Shown: piece by piece, positions 1-10,135 of the stretch | Position numbering within the stretch: position 1 is the stretch's first letter | Layout: each line of letters opens with the position of its first letter | Assembly: GCA_034723415.1 (NCBI GenBank) | Contig: JAYEOX010000038.1 | Location: 1 to 18,765, forward strand | Length of the DNA stretch: 18,765 bases | DNA from: Fidelibacterota bacterium | GTDB lineage: Bacteria; Fidelibacterota; Fidelibacteria; Fidelibacterales; Fidelibacteraceae | Direction of reading: 5' to 3' | Translations under genes and position numbers: made by a program | The notes under the pieces: generated by a model | Seen by the model: only the letters and a program-made list of their open reading frames with translations | What the model was told of the DNA's origin: nothing | Database searches by the model: none

Positions 1-716
1 GTTTTAAGTATATTTTCAGCATTCAAAATTTCTTTTCTTGTAAAATTAAAATATTTCATCAAATATTTGTGTGCGATTTTTCTATTTTTATATTTTTCAA
101 TCGTATTTTTTTGTCTTATTTGAACATATTCACCGGAGATGAAGATATGTTTATTATTTATAATTCTCGAAGCAACTATTTTATTTAAATAATCAAATGA
201 TCTGATCCAGTATTCTTTAAATTTTTCATCGGTAATGCAAGATTCAGAAAATTTGTATCGAAATTTTTTCTTGCTGTTCTTGATTGAATATAATTCATAA
301 TGTTTTTCATTATTATATTTTAGTAAATATTTTGTGATTGATGTTGAGAATTCCATTACTTCTTTTTTAGTTAGCTTTACAGGCTCATAGATCATAAAAC
401 CCGGGTCAACAATATATTTTTCGTCATTAATATTAATAATTACAAAAAAGTGTGGAAATGTCTCTCTTTCCATTTCGCCTATAATAGCATTTGCTGAAAT
501 ATTATTATTTCTCAATAATTGCATAATAGTATTAGATAAAGAAAAGCAAGTTCCACCTCTAAATAATTCTTTATTTTCTTTTAATAATAATGAAAAATTT
601 CTTGGTCGGTTTTCGGAAGATAAAACTAATCTAAATATTTTTGTAATGTTTTCATAAGGAATTGTTTTAATTTCTAATAAGATATTATTTAATATTTCTA
701 TATTATTTTTTTGCAT
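1..716 (-). CDS. Arylamine N-acetyltransferase family protein (3' end runs off the window; absent from the ORF track)
   Basis: Manual translation from ATG at 716: MQKNNIEIL...KTIPYENITK...LFRGGTCFSLS...TFPHFFVII...EKYIVDPGF. This matches the NAT motifs PFENL, RGGxC, H and YLVDVG, which carry the Cys-His-Asp triad. The frame stays open to the window edge. Confidence 0.8.
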   Translation of the reverse strand, partial: MQKNNIEILNNILLEIKTIPYENITKIFRLVLSSENRPRNFSLLLKENKELFRGGTCFSLSNTIMQLLRNNNISANAIIGEMERETFPHFFVIININDEKYIVDPGFMIYEPVKLTKKEVMEFSTSITKYLLKYNNEKHYELYSIKNSKKKFRYKFSESCITDEKFKEYWIRSFDYLNKIVASRIINNKHIFISGEYVQIRQKNTIEKYKNRKIAHKYLMKYFNFTRKEILNAENILK

Positions 717-726
717 ATTAAACTAA

Positions 727-1392
727 CTATTTTGTCAATTCTAAATGTAAACTTCCATATTTTAAATCAAATTCAATAATGATTGGTTTCATAGGAATTG
801 TTTTAGACATCCAAATAGATAATCCCATTCCACCTTTTTTCTTTAATTTGGAAGATGATTTATGTGTTGGCTCATAGAAATTGCATAATACCTGCTTACC
901 ATTAAATAAGATCCGTTTATTTTTTGTTTTGATAAATTCATAAGATATTTCTTTTGATTCTTTGAATAAGTTTAATCTTACCTTGTAACTATTGACATAA
1001 ATTGAATCCATTAACATGATCATTGCTGTATATTCATCACGAATGGGGCTTGATAGGGAAGATGTATCAATTTTACTGACATCAAAAATAATATGTTTAT
1101 GATATTTACCTTCGTTTATTTTTCTGTCTAATTTGATTGTATGATAATTCGGATAACTTGCTATTACAGTTATTGTATCTCTAATTTTATAGAATTTATC
1201 AACTAATCCGGTAGTTTTTAAAAGAAATTTTGCTGTAACATTATTGTTATTTTTATTAATAGTTAATTTTGCTTTTCCGCCTTTTATTCCCTTAAAATAA
1301 ATTTTGTAATTATATGTTTCTGATAATAAAATTGAATTAAGAAATAATAAAGCAAATAAAATGAATATTAAAATTTGAATTTTTTTGATCAA
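727..1392 (-). CDS. Exported DUF3108-like protein
   Basis: N-terminal hydrophobic signal peptide. Segments YNYKIYFKGIKGGKAKLTI, KTTGLVDKFYKIRD, EGKY and C-terminal IWMS...PIIIEFDLKYGSLHLEL resemble DUF3108. TTG start. Confidence 0.6.
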   Translation of the reverse strand: MIKKIQILIFILFALLFLNSILLSETYNYKIYFKGIKGGKAKLTINKNNNNVTAKFLLKTTGLVDKFYKIRDTITVIASYPNYHTIKLDRKINEGKYHKHIIFDVSKIDTSSLSSPIRDEYTAMIMLMDSIYVNSYKVRLNLFKESKEISYEFIKTKNKRILFNGKQVLCNFYEPTHKSSSKLKKKGGMGLSIWMSKTIPMKPIIIEFDLKYGSLHLELTK

Positions 1393-1404
1393 AATACGCT
1401 CATA

Positions 1405-3216
1405 TTAATCAATTTTATGGTTAAATTGTTGAAAATAAAGATTCTCATATTTTGGGCAATTTTCTAATAACTCTTCATGTGTGTCTTGACATATAATTTC
1501 ACCATCTTCCAATACAATAATATTATCTGCATTCAGAATAGTTGAAAGTCGATGAGCAATTACTAAGCTCGTTCGTCCTTTCATCAATTTATTGATACTT
1601 GTCTGAACAATTTTCTCTGATTCGGTGTCGAGTGAAGATGTGGCTTCATCAAGTATAAGTATAGAAGGATTTAAAAGAAGTGTGCGAGCGATTGATATTC
1701 GTTGTTTTTGTCCACCTGATAATTTTATTCCTTGATCACCAATAATCGTGTCCCAACCATTTTCTAAATTTTCAATGAATTCACTTGCATTTGCTATCTC
1801 AGCTGCATTTTTTATTTCTTCAATAGAAGCGCCGGGATCCCCATAAGCAATATTATAAAAAATAGTATCATTTAATAGTTGAACGTCTTGTGAAACGATG
1901 CCGATCAGCTTATGTAATGAATCGGCTTGAATTGATTGAAGATCTGTTCCGTCTATTGATATTGTGCCTCTTTCTTGAAGATAAAATCGTGCTAATAGGT
2001 CAGCAATTGTGGATTTTCCGGATCCACTTGCTCCAACTAATGCATAAGTTTTCCCTTTTGGGATAGTAAAATTAATATTTTTTAAAACATGCTGAGTTTC
2101 ATATCTAAAATAGACATTTTTAAAAGTAATATTATTTTTAAAAACATATATTTTTTTAGCATTTGGAAGTTCCATTTCCTTTATTGGTGTATTTAAAATG
2201 TGAAAAATCCTATCTGCTGCAGAAAGTCCTGTTTGGATTTGTTCATTTACTTTTGTCAATTTTTTTATTGGCTGTAAAACATAGAATAATAGGAAAATAT
2301 ATCTCAAAAAATCTTCAGAATCCATACCTGTTCCTTGAATGACCATTCTGCCGCCAATTGTAAATATTACAATACCGGTTATTACTCCGATCATTTCACT
2401 TAATGGTGAAGATAATGCAGATAATTTAATTTTACGAAATTGTACACTAAAAAATTTTCTATTATTTTTTCTGAAGTTTTTTATTTCATCACTTACTCTA
2501 TTAAATGATTTTACTAATCTTACAGCATTAAGCATTTGTTGTAAAAAACTTGTAATTACACCTATTTGTTTTAAAGATCTTCGACCTTTTCGTCTTATAG
2601 ATGCTCCTACGACCCAAAACAATAGACCGGTAATTGGAAACATAATAAACATATAAAGCGAGAATTTTAAACTAATATCAAAAAGAGCATATAGTATAAA
2701 TATTACAGTTAACGATTCTGTCAATAATTTATTAAAAATTGTAGTTATAGCTATTCTATATTTAGTAACATCATTCATAATAATTGACATAAATTCGCCT
2801 CTGGATCTTCTATCAAAGAAGTCCATTGGCTGTTTTGTAATATGAGCATACAATTTATTTCTAGTATCATTAATTATCAATAATTCCATTTTACCGAATG
2901 TTATTTTTTTCAGAAAAAAGAAAATGCTTTTTAATAAAAATAAAATAACTATAAGAAATGTTAATCTTTGGAGTGCATCAATGGGGGATACCTCAGAAAT
3001 GAAATTACGGACAGTATATTTTAAGTAACTATTTAAATTATTTATTGTCAATGGATCTGGCGATGTTATTTTCTGCGGTACAAAAATAGTTTGAATTAGT
3101 GAACTAATAATCCAAATTGAGGATACAGATGCCAATGAATAAAACAAAGAAAAAATAAGACCTGGTATTACATATCTTAAGTAGTGAAAAGCTGTCTTTA
3201 ATAATTTTTTAAACAA
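1405..3216 (-). CDS. MsbA-like ABC exporter (fused transmembrane and ATPase domains)
   Basis: N-terminal transmembrane helices, Walker A GASGSGKST, signature LSGGQKQR, Walker B ILILDEATSSLD, H-loop IAHRLST. Confidence 0.9.
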   Translation of the reverse strand: MFKKLLKTAFHYLRYVIPGLIFSLFYSLASVSSIWIISSLIQTIFVPQKITSPDPLTINNLNSYLKYTVRNFISEVSPIDALQRLTFLIVILFLLKSIFFFLKKITFGKMELLIINDTRNKLYAHITKQPMDFFDRRSRGEFMSIIMNDVTKYRIAITTIFNKLLTESLTVIFILYALFDISLKFSLYMFIMFPITGLLFWVVGASIRRKGRRSLKQIGVITSFLQQMLNAVRLVKSFNRVSDEIKNFRKNNRKFFSVQFRKIKLSALSSPLSEMIGVITGIVIFTIGGRMVIQGTGMDSEDFLRYIFLLFYVLQPIKKLTKVNEQIQTGLSAADRIFHILNTPIKEMELPNAKKIYVFKNNITFKNVYFRYETQHVLKNINFTIPKGKTYALVGASGSGKSTIADLLARFYLQERGTISIDGTDLQSIQADSLHKLIGIVSQDVQLLNDTIFYNIAYGDPGASIEEIKNAAEIANASEFIENLENGWDTIIGDQGIKLSGGQKQRISIARTLLLNPSILILDEATSSLDTESEKIVQTSINKLMKGRTSLVIAHRLSTILNADNIIVLEDGEIICQDTHEELLENCPKYENLYFQQFNHKID

Positions 3217-3230
3217 GATTTTCTCTCTTA

Positions 3231-5624
3231 TTATTTTTCAATTGCGTATTTTAATACATCCAACATATCATCAGTAAAATGAAATGTCAATTTCTTTGAT
3301 ACTTCTTTGGGAATTTCTTCGATATCTTTTTTATTTTTTTGCGGCAGAATAATTTTCTTTAGTCCTGCTCGATGAGCTGCAATCACCTTTTCTTTTATTC
3401 CACCAACCGGTAATATTGTACCGCGTAATGTTATTTCTCCTGTCATTGCAACATTATTTTTAACTTTTTTATCAGTTAAAACACTCACCATTGCTGTCAA
3501 GAGCGTAATTCCTGCCGATGGGCCGTCTTTAGGAATAGCTCCGGCTGGAATATGAACATGCATATCGCATTTTTTATTAAAATCTTTGTCTATATTTAAT
3601 TCATCTGAATTTGCTCTAATAAAAGTCATAGCTGCTTGTGCGGATTCTTTCATTACTTCACCAAGTTTACCGGTAAGAATTAGTTCTCCTTTCCCCGGCA
3701 TTTTTGAAGCTTCAATAAAAAGAATATCGCCGCCAACAACAGTCCAAGCTAATCCTATTGCAATTCCCGGACGAACCATCCTTTCGGCAACTTCACTATA
3801 ATATTTTTGAACACCAAGTAGTTCTTTAACCCTGTCTTGAGTAATTTTTTGTTTTTTCACTTTCTTATTTTCTACAATTATTTTAGCGACTTTTCTGCAT
3901 ATATTTGCAATTTCTCTTTCTAAATTTCTTACTCCTGATTCTCTTGTATATTGCTCAATTATTAATTCTATAGCTTTTTTTGTAAAAGAAATATCTGATT
4001 TTGTTAATCCGTGTTCTTTAAGTTGTTTTTTTATTAAAAATTTCTTCGCTATTTGAATCTTTTCATCTATAAGATATCCGGGGAAATTTAAAAATTCCAT
4101 TCTATCTTTAAGTGGTCCCGGAATGGGGTCGTACCAATTAGCAGTTGCAATAAACATTACATTCTGTAAATTAAATGGTACTTCTAAATAATTATCTGAA
4201 AAAGAAAAATTCTGCTCGGGATCTAATACTTCCAATAAGGCACTTGCGGGATCGCCTCTAAAATCATTGCCTAATTTGTCAATTTCATCTAACATAAATA
4301 TGGGATTGTTGTAGCCGACTTTTTTAATTCCTTTGATTATTCTACCGGGCAGAGAACCAATATAAGTTCGACGATGTCCTCTGATCTCTGCTTCATCTCT
4401 AATACCACCTAAAGATATTCGATAAAATTTACGTCCCATTGCTCTGGCTATCGATTTTCCTACAGAAGTTTTACCTACACCAGGAGGACCTATAAAGCAT
4501 AAAATAGATCCTTTAACAGCAGCATCGGGATTCTTTTTTAATTTCAATTTCCGTACAGATAAATATTCAAGGATTCTAAGTTTTATTTTATCTAATCCAT
4601 AATGATCTTCATTTAAAATATTTTCTGCAGTAGATATGTTTAAATTATCTTTTGTGGTTTTAGACCAAGGCAGATTTATCAACCAATCTAAATAAGTTCT
4701 GATAATATTATATTCCGGCGATATCTTAGGAACTCTTTTTAAACGGTTTAGTTCCTTTTCTGCAACTTCATTTGCTTCATTAGGCAATTTGGCATTTTCT
4801 AATTTTTTATTTAATTCTTCTATTTCAACATCATCATCTTCTTCACCAAGTTCTTTTTTAATAGCTATCAATTTTTGCCTTAATAAATGCTTTCTTTGAT
4901 TTTCATTTATTGCACTGTTTACATCGGATTTTATTTTTTTATCAATTTCAGATTGGTACATTGATTCGTTTAGTAATGAAATTCCCAAAGCTATTCTTTT
5001 TTCAACATCGGCAGTTTTTAAAATATTCTGTTTTTTATAGAGTGGTGTCTTAATTATTGATGTAATAATATCAATTAACTGGCCGGGATCTTTTATACTA
5101 TTTATTACATCAGAGTGATCTGTTGTTATATAATTTGACACCAATGCAATTTTTTTAAATGATTTTTTTAAATTGTCAGAAATAGTGATCGACTTGTCAT
5201 TATCTAATTTATTTTCTTCAACTATTTCAATTTTGCCTGTATAAAATGAATTGCTCTTTGAAAATGAATGAATTTTTATTCGTTTTACACCTTGAATAAA
5301 AATACTGCTAAATTTATCAGGCATTTTAAATGTTTTTAATAAGACAACTAAAGTACCATATTTATATACATCATCGAAAGTAGGATTTTCTATTGAAGCG
5401 TCTTTTTGAGACACAACCGCAAACAATTTATTTCCTTTTACTATTTCATCTAATAATGCCAGAGAGTGTTTTCTGCCAATATAAAGTGGTATAGATTGAT
5501 TGGGAAATAAAATCGTATTTCTTAATGGTAGAATAGGAATTGAATTTGGTTTTGAATATTTGCGTATTTCCTGTGAATTAATTTCTACATCGAAATTTTC
5601 TTTTTTAAAATTAATATTAGACAT
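3231..5624 (-). CDS. lon: ATP-dependent protease La (LonA)
   Basis: N-domain PILPLRN..LFP, Walker A GPPGVGKTS, DEAEIRGHRRTYIG, catalytic Ser in PKDGPSAG and Lys in GGIKEK. Confidence 0.98.
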   Translation of the reverse strand: MSNINFKKENFDVEINSQEIRKYSKPNSIPILPLRNTILFPNQSIPLYIGRKHSLALLDEIVKGNKLFAVVSQKDASIENPTFDDVYKYGTLVVLLKTFKMPDKFSSIFIQGVKRIKIHSFSKSNSFYTGKIEIVEENKLDNDKSITISDNLKKSFKKIALVSNYITTDHSDVINSIKDPGQLIDIITSIIKTPLYKKQNILKTADVEKRIALGISLLNESMYQSEIDKKIKSDVNSAINENQRKHLLRQKLIAIKKELGEEDDDVEIEELNKKLENAKLPNEANEVAEKELNRLKRVPKISPEYNIIRTYLDWLINLPWSKTTKDNLNISTAENILNEDHYGLDKIKLRILEYLSVRKLKLKKNPDAAVKGSILCFIGPPGVGKTSVGKSIARAMGRKFYRISLGGIRDEAEIRGHRRTYIGSLPGRIIKGIKKVGYNNPIFMLDEIDKLGNDFRGDPASALLEVLDPEQNFSFSDNYLEVPFNLQNVMFIATANWYDPIPGPLKDRMEFLNFPGYLIDEKIQIAKKFLIKKQLKEHGLTKSDISFTKKAIELIIEQYTRESGVRNLEREIANICRKVAKIIVENKKVKKQKITQDRVKELLGVQKYYSEVAERMVRPGIAIGLAWTVVGGDILFIEASKMPGKGELILTGKLGEVMKESAQAAMTFIRANSDELNIDKDFNKKCDMHVHIPAGAIPKDGPSAGITLLTAMVSVLTDKKVKNNVAMTGEITLRGTILPVGGIKEKVIAAHRAGLKKIILPQKNKKDIEEIPKEVSKKLTFHFTDDMLDVLKYAIEK

Positions 5625-6785
5625 CTATTCTTCCTTTTTTGATAAATCTTTTGTTGGTTCTGTTTCAGTATCTGATTGTTCTTGTAAAAAAATTGGTTTT
5701 TTGGCAGAAGTTCTGCCACCGGATTTGATTTTATATCTTTTTACGATTTTTTTATGTGTGGAATAATAGTTATGAAATATTTCTATTACTTTACCAGTAA
5801 TTAATTCTCTATGGTATTGAGTTTCAATATCATCATCATACCAGTATCCGTCTTCTCGCTGTTTTTCATTAATAATATTTAAAAATTTATTTAATTTTTC
5901 ATTTTCCTTTGTATATCCTAAACGATTAAAGACCTCTAATATTTTTAAAATTCCACCTTTGAATGAATCCTTATTAAAGTGTTTATTAGAAAATTTGTTC
6001 CATATTTCTTTTCCACTGACAACTCCACCGCTATTTTGATCTAAATAATTATTTAATATGAAATCGGCTCCTTTAAATATTTTCTTGCGATTCTGCATTA
6101 TGGAATGATAACTACAAGCGTTAAGAACTTTTAATGTAATCCAAATATCTGATTTTCCGTTTGCATTGCCCCAACCACCGTCACTATTTTGTTGTCTTAT
6201 TAACCAACGAATTGCTTTTTCAGCAAATTGATTGTGTTCATAATTATATTTTAATATAAGTTCTATAATATATACATTTAAATAAAAATTATAGGGGAAA
6301 CTACCATCACTTTCTTGTTGTTTAAAAATATAATAGAATGATTTTTTTATTGTATTCATCCTGTTATGACAAAAATAATCATAGAGTTCGCTTAATGTTT
6401 TAATTAATGTTATTAATTGGTAAATACTCATTTTATTGTCTGGAATATTAGAAATTTCGTAATTTATCTCATCCAATGTTTTTAAATTGCCGACTCTATG
6501 AAAATCGTTCTTTAAATTTTCTAATGAACTTTTATATAATGGATCAGCAGGCAAAAGACGAAATATAAAGGTTACTAATTTATAATGGACAAGAGAATTT
6601 TTTGAATCCATTAATTTCTGGATTGGATTTACTTTTAATTGATTTAACCATTCAAGATTTTCATCAGTTTGAATGTCTTTAATTTTAAGTTTTTCCGGAG
6701 GGAGCTTTTGAGGAGCGATGTTCTTATCTGCCCTTTCTTCCCAACTAAGTAATTGGATTTTTTTTACGAGGTGTTCTATTTGCAT
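5625..6785 (-). CDS. Prenyltransferase/squalene oxidase (QW-type) repeat protein, function unknown
   Basis: Repeats KQQESDGSF, WLIRQQNSDGGWG and KQREDGYW. The TAG stop directly abuts the lon ATG. Confidence 0.65.
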   Translation of the reverse strand: MQIEHLVKKIQLLSWEERADKNIAPQKLPPEKLKIKDIQTDENLEWLNQLKVNPIQKLMDSKNSLVHYKLVTFIFRLLPADPLYKSSLENLKNDFHRVGNLKTLDEINYEISNIPDNKMSIYQLITLIKTLSELYDYFCHNRMNTIKKSFYYIFKQQESDGSFPYNFYLNVYIIELILKYNYEHNQFAEKAIRWLIRQQNSDGGWGNANGKSDIWITLKVLNACSYHSIMQNRKKIFKGADFILNNYLDQNSGGVVSGKEIWNKFSNKHFNKDSFKGGILKILEVFNRLGYTKENEKLNKFLNIINEKQREDGYWYDDDIETQYHRELITGKVIEIFHNYYSTHKKIVKRYKIKSGGRTSAKKPIFLQEQSDTETEPTKDLSKKEE

Positions 6786-6887
6786 AATTCTCTTCTAACT
6801 AATTTCATATTTTTCAAAATAATTTTTTTGAATATAAATCACATTCAAAAACAATGTAAATATAACAATTTATTTTTAAAATTAACT

Positions 6888-8129
6888 TTAATTTTTTCTT
6901 AAAATTTTACCTTCACCCATTACCATAATAGGATATGCACCCAAATGAAGAGGATTTTTATTCCATACTACCATACTTGCAAGTTTACCTTCTTCGATGG
7001 TTCCCAGGATATCGTCAATTCCCAAGATCTTAGCGTTTTTATATGTAATGATCGAAATTGCTTCTTCTTCTTTCATTCCGTGAATTAGAAAATATTTTAA
7101 ACTATCTCTTAAGTTTGGAGACCAAATTACCGGATGATCGGTCATTAAACCATAAAACGCTTTTGATTTCATAAGTAGTTTTGTGCTTTTATAACTTGCA
7201 TGAGCCAATTCAATTTTTGCTCCGATTCCACCTAATGGTCCAAAAACAATTGGAATATTATTTTTTGCTAATTCATCAAAAATTTGTTTGTGAAATACAT
7301 CTCCTGTATGCTCAGCAGTTGCATTTATTCCATATTTTTTTACTAATTTTATCAGATATAACACATCATCTTCTTTGTGAACATGAATTTTTGCCACTTT
7401 TTCTCCGGATAAAATATCTAAAAGTGCTCTATCTTCATTAGTAAAAGTTAATTCATATTCTTTTACAATATCTTTTTGTTCAATTTCAAATTCAGCTTTG
7501 GTTAAATTTTGTTTTTTGTCAATCTTTTTTTTGTTGAGTTTTCTTAATGCTTTTTCTTTTTTTAGAATTGCTTTTTCTTTCTTTTGGATTGTTTTATCAA
7601 ATTTATCTTCTAACATTGCATAAATCCCCATTCTTGTATCCGGTCTAGTTCCTTTCCAATCAAGTGTTGAACGGGGATTAAAACCTAATGCCATCTTGTA
7701 TCCATAATCTTTGATAAGTGCATTTTTTCTGTTTTCAACAAAATTTCTAATTATCATTGCTTTACCTGCAATCAAATTTCCACTTCCGGGAACTATACAA
7801 TTGTATAAAACACCAAAATCTACCGTATCTTTGAAAGCTTTATCATCAAAATAAACACTGTTTAAAGGATCGTTAAATGGTAGGAATTGATTTGTAATAT
7901 CGTTGCCTTCTTGTTCATTATCCGGTTCGCCATCACGATATAATCCAATGTGTGAATGTGCGTCAATGAATGCGGGTGTAACATATCCTTCATAATCTGC
8001 TTTTATTTTTTTGTGTTCACGAACTTCAATGATTTTATCATTTTCTACAATAATTGATCTGTTTTCATATCTCTTTTTCCCGTCAAATAATACCTTTGCA
8101 TTGATAACCAATTTTTTCTTTTTTGTCAT
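6888..8129 (-). CDS. Amidohydrolase family protein (imidazolonepropionase-like)
   Basis: TPAFIDAHSH (HxH), KMALG, HVH, EH, TDHP and GTIEEGKLA motifs. Confidence 0.88.
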   Translation of the reverse strand: MTKKKKLVINAKVLFDGKKRYENRSIIVENDKIIEVREHKKIKADYEGYVTPAFIDAHSHIGLYRDGEPDNEQEGNDITNQFLPFNDPLNSVYFDDKAFKDTVDFGVLYNCIVPGSGNLIAGKAMIIRNFVENRKNALIKDYGYKMALGFNPRSTLDWKGTRPDTRMGIYAMLEDKFDKTIQKKEKAILKKEKALRKLNKKKIDKKQNLTKAEFEIEQKDIVKEYELTFTNEDRALLDILSGEKVAKIHVHKEDDVLYLIKLVKKYGINATAEHTGDVFHKQIFDELAKNNIPIVFGPLGGIGAKIELAHASYKSTKLLMKSKAFYGLMTDHPVIWSPNLRDSLKYFLIHGMKEEEAISIITYKNAKILGIDDILGTIEEGKLASMVVWNKNPLHLGAYPIMVMGEGKILRKN

Positions 8130-8143
8130 TTTATCCTCTCAAT

Positions 8144-8812
8144 TTATATGTTAATTTTTTCAATTATTTGCTTTATTGTTTTGCTCTTATCCTCTGACTT
8201 AAAAATTGCATTGCCAATCACGAATATATCTACACCTAATTTAGATAATGTTTTTGAATTTTGCAAGGAAACTCCACCATCCACTTCTAACAAAATTTTA
8301 TCATTGTTATATTTTAGTTTCATTTTATTAAATTTCTTTATTTTATCGATTGTAGTGGGAATGAAAGTTTGACCTCCAAAGCCGGGATTAACAGACATTA
8401 ATAAAACATAATCAATAATTGGGAAAATATCACTGATCAATTCAATAGGAGTGGAAGGATTTAATACTACTCCGGCTTTTATATTTTTTGACTTGATATG
8501 TGAAATCAATCGATTTAAATGTGTAACCGCTTCGTAATGAACAGAAATGTAATCAGCACCGGCGTCAATATAACTGTCAATTGTTTCTTCTGCATTAGTG
8601 ATCATTAAATGCACATCAAGTGGTAAAGTAGTAATATTTTTTATCTGTTTGATTATAGAAGGACCAAATGTCAAATTCGGAACAAAATGTCCATCCATAA
8701 CATCACAATGAATAATATCCGCGCCGGATCTTTCAATTAATTTAATCTCATCTTCTAAATTTAAAAAATCCGCCGATAGGATAGAGGGAGCTAATAGTTT
8801 TTTATTTTTCAT
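8144..8812 (-). CDS. rpe: Ribulose-phosphate 3-epimerase
   Basis: APSILSADF, HCDVMDGHFVPNLTFG, DVHLM, MSVNPGFGGQ, EVDGG. Confidence 0.98.
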   Translation of the reverse strand: MKNKKLLAPSILSADFLNLEDEIKLIERSGADIIHCDVMDGHFVPNLTFGPSIIKQIKNITTLPLDVHLMITNAEETIDSYIDAGADYISVHYEAVTHLNRLISHIKSKNIKAGVVLNPSTPIELISDIFPIIDYVLLMSVNPGFGGQTFIPTTIDKIKKFNKMKLKYNNDKILLEVDGGVSLQNSKTLSKLGVDIFVIGNAIFKSEDKSKTIKQIIEKINI

Positions 8813-8842
8813 AATTTTTCTCTTAAATTCAAATTTCTTTTG

Positions 8843-9736
8843 TTAGTTCTTGTTTGTTTTAGTTCGTTGCAAAAATGATTCAAAATACTGATCTGCATGA
8901 TAAGAAGATCTGACCAATGGACCGGATTCTACATGAATAAATCCAAGTTCCATTCCAATATTTTTATAATAATCAAATTTTTCAGGAGTTATAAATTTTT
9001 CTACTTTTACATTTTCTTTTGACGGTTGCAGATATTGTCCGAGTGTGAAGTATTGAACTCCAACTTGATATGCATCTTTCATAATTTGAATTATTTCATT
9101 TCCACTTTCACCTAATCCAACCATTATTCCGGTTTTTGTAGTTGCACCGAGTTTTTTTGCATTCTGAAGTAAAGTTAATGATTGTTGATAATTTGCTTCC
9201 GGTCGTATTTTTTTATATAATGATCTTGCTGTTTCTAAATTGTGTCCTACAACATCCGGTTTAGCATTTATTACAGTTTTCAAACTCTCAATATTACCAT
9301 TAAAATCCGGAATTAATATTTCTACTTTACAATTTTGATTTACGGACTTAATTGTTTCAATACTTTTTGCCCAGATTTCTGCTCCGCCGTCGAATAAGTC
9401 ATCACGAGTTGGTGAAGTTAAAACCACATATTTTAATTTCATTAATCTAACTGCATTGGCAACTCGATTCGGTTCATCATTATCCGGTTTTGAGGGAATA
9501 CCGTTTTTTACATCACAGAATCTACAATTGCGGGTGCAAGTATCGCCTAATATCATAAATGTAGCAGTGCCATTAGACCAACATTCCGGCAAATTAGGAC
9601 AAAATGCCTCTTGGCAAACTGTATGTAAATTATTATCCTCAACTATTTTTTTTACTGCGAGATAATTTTTACCACCCGGTATTTTTGTTTTTAGCCAGTT
9701 TGGTTTTGTTTTGTTTATTTTTTGTTTTTTTTGCAT
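8843..9736 (-). CDS. lipA: Lipoyl synthase
   Basis: CQEAFCPNLPEC (CX4CX5C), CTRNCRFC (radical SAM), GQYLQPS, GPLVRSSYHA. Confidence 0.98.
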   Translation of the reverse strand: MQKKQKINKTKPNWLKTKIPGGKNYLAVKKIVEDNNLHTVCQEAFCPNLPECWSNGTATFMILGDTCTRNCRFCDVKNGIPSKPDNDEPNRVANAVRLMKLKYVVLTSPTRDDLFDGGAEIWAKSIETIKSVNQNCKVEILIPDFNGNIESLKTVINAKPDVVGHNLETARSLYKKIRPEANYQQSLTLLQNAKKLGATTKTGIMVGLGESGNEIIQIMKDAYQVGVQYFTLGQYLQPSKENVKVEKFITPEKFDYYKNIGMELGFIHVESGPLVRSSYHADQYFESFLQRTKTNKN

Positions 9737-9790
9737 AGTGTAATTTAAAAATATTTATCTGTTTTGGAAAGTGATTTATTAAGAATCTTT

Positions 9791-9819
9791 TTGTATATTC
9801 ATATAATTCCTATTATATT
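9791..9819 (+). promoter_or_regulatory. Candidate sigma70-type promoter for the rightward restriction-related region
   Basis: TTGTAT (9791-9796), a 17-nt spacer, then TATATT (9814-9819). The AT-rich background weakens this call. Confidence 0.35.
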
Positions 9820-9839
9820 ATTAATGTTATGAGCAAATG

Positions 9840-10135
9840 TATGGATTTATATACTGTTATATGAACCTTTTTAAAGAATTTTATTCGTATAGTGGGAAGT
9901 TATATGTAATAGTTTCATTAATTAGATAAATAAAAAGGAATTTAAAAAGGTTTAAAATCTTCATTACCTCTAAACAGGAACAGGATAAGATTGCTAATAT
10001 AATGGAAAAAGTAAATAATAAAATATAGCTGATTGAAAAGAAAAAAACTGGAAGAACTATTTATATCAATTAATGACAGGGCAAACGAAAGTGAATGAGT
10101 TGAAATTTGAGAAAATAAAAGAGGAGATAAATTAA
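9840..10135 (+). pseudogene. hsdS: Decayed 3' remnant of a type I restriction-modification specificity subunit
   Basis: Fragments across frames: YGFIYCYMN, INKKEFKK, FKIFITSKQEQDKIANIMEKVNNKI*LIEKKK (TAG at 10026), [29 protein letters not shown]. These match the conserved HsdS C-terminus (IPLPPLEEQxKIAxIL..D.KI...LEEL...QLxTGxIRV). The TAA at 10133-10135 overlaps the next ATG. Confidence 0.8.

Noticed and set aside
9796..9823. dif-like ATAA-N6-TTAT arrangement (TATTCATATAA TTCCTA TTATATTATTA)
   Set aside because: Only 7/11 to the XerD arm in very AT-rich DNA, and equally explained by promoter elements.
9737..9830. Replication origin at the strand switch between lipA and the rightward genes
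   Set aside because: No DnaA-box cluster (TTATCCACA) and no dnaA, dnaN or gidA context. It looks like an ordinary divergent promoter region.
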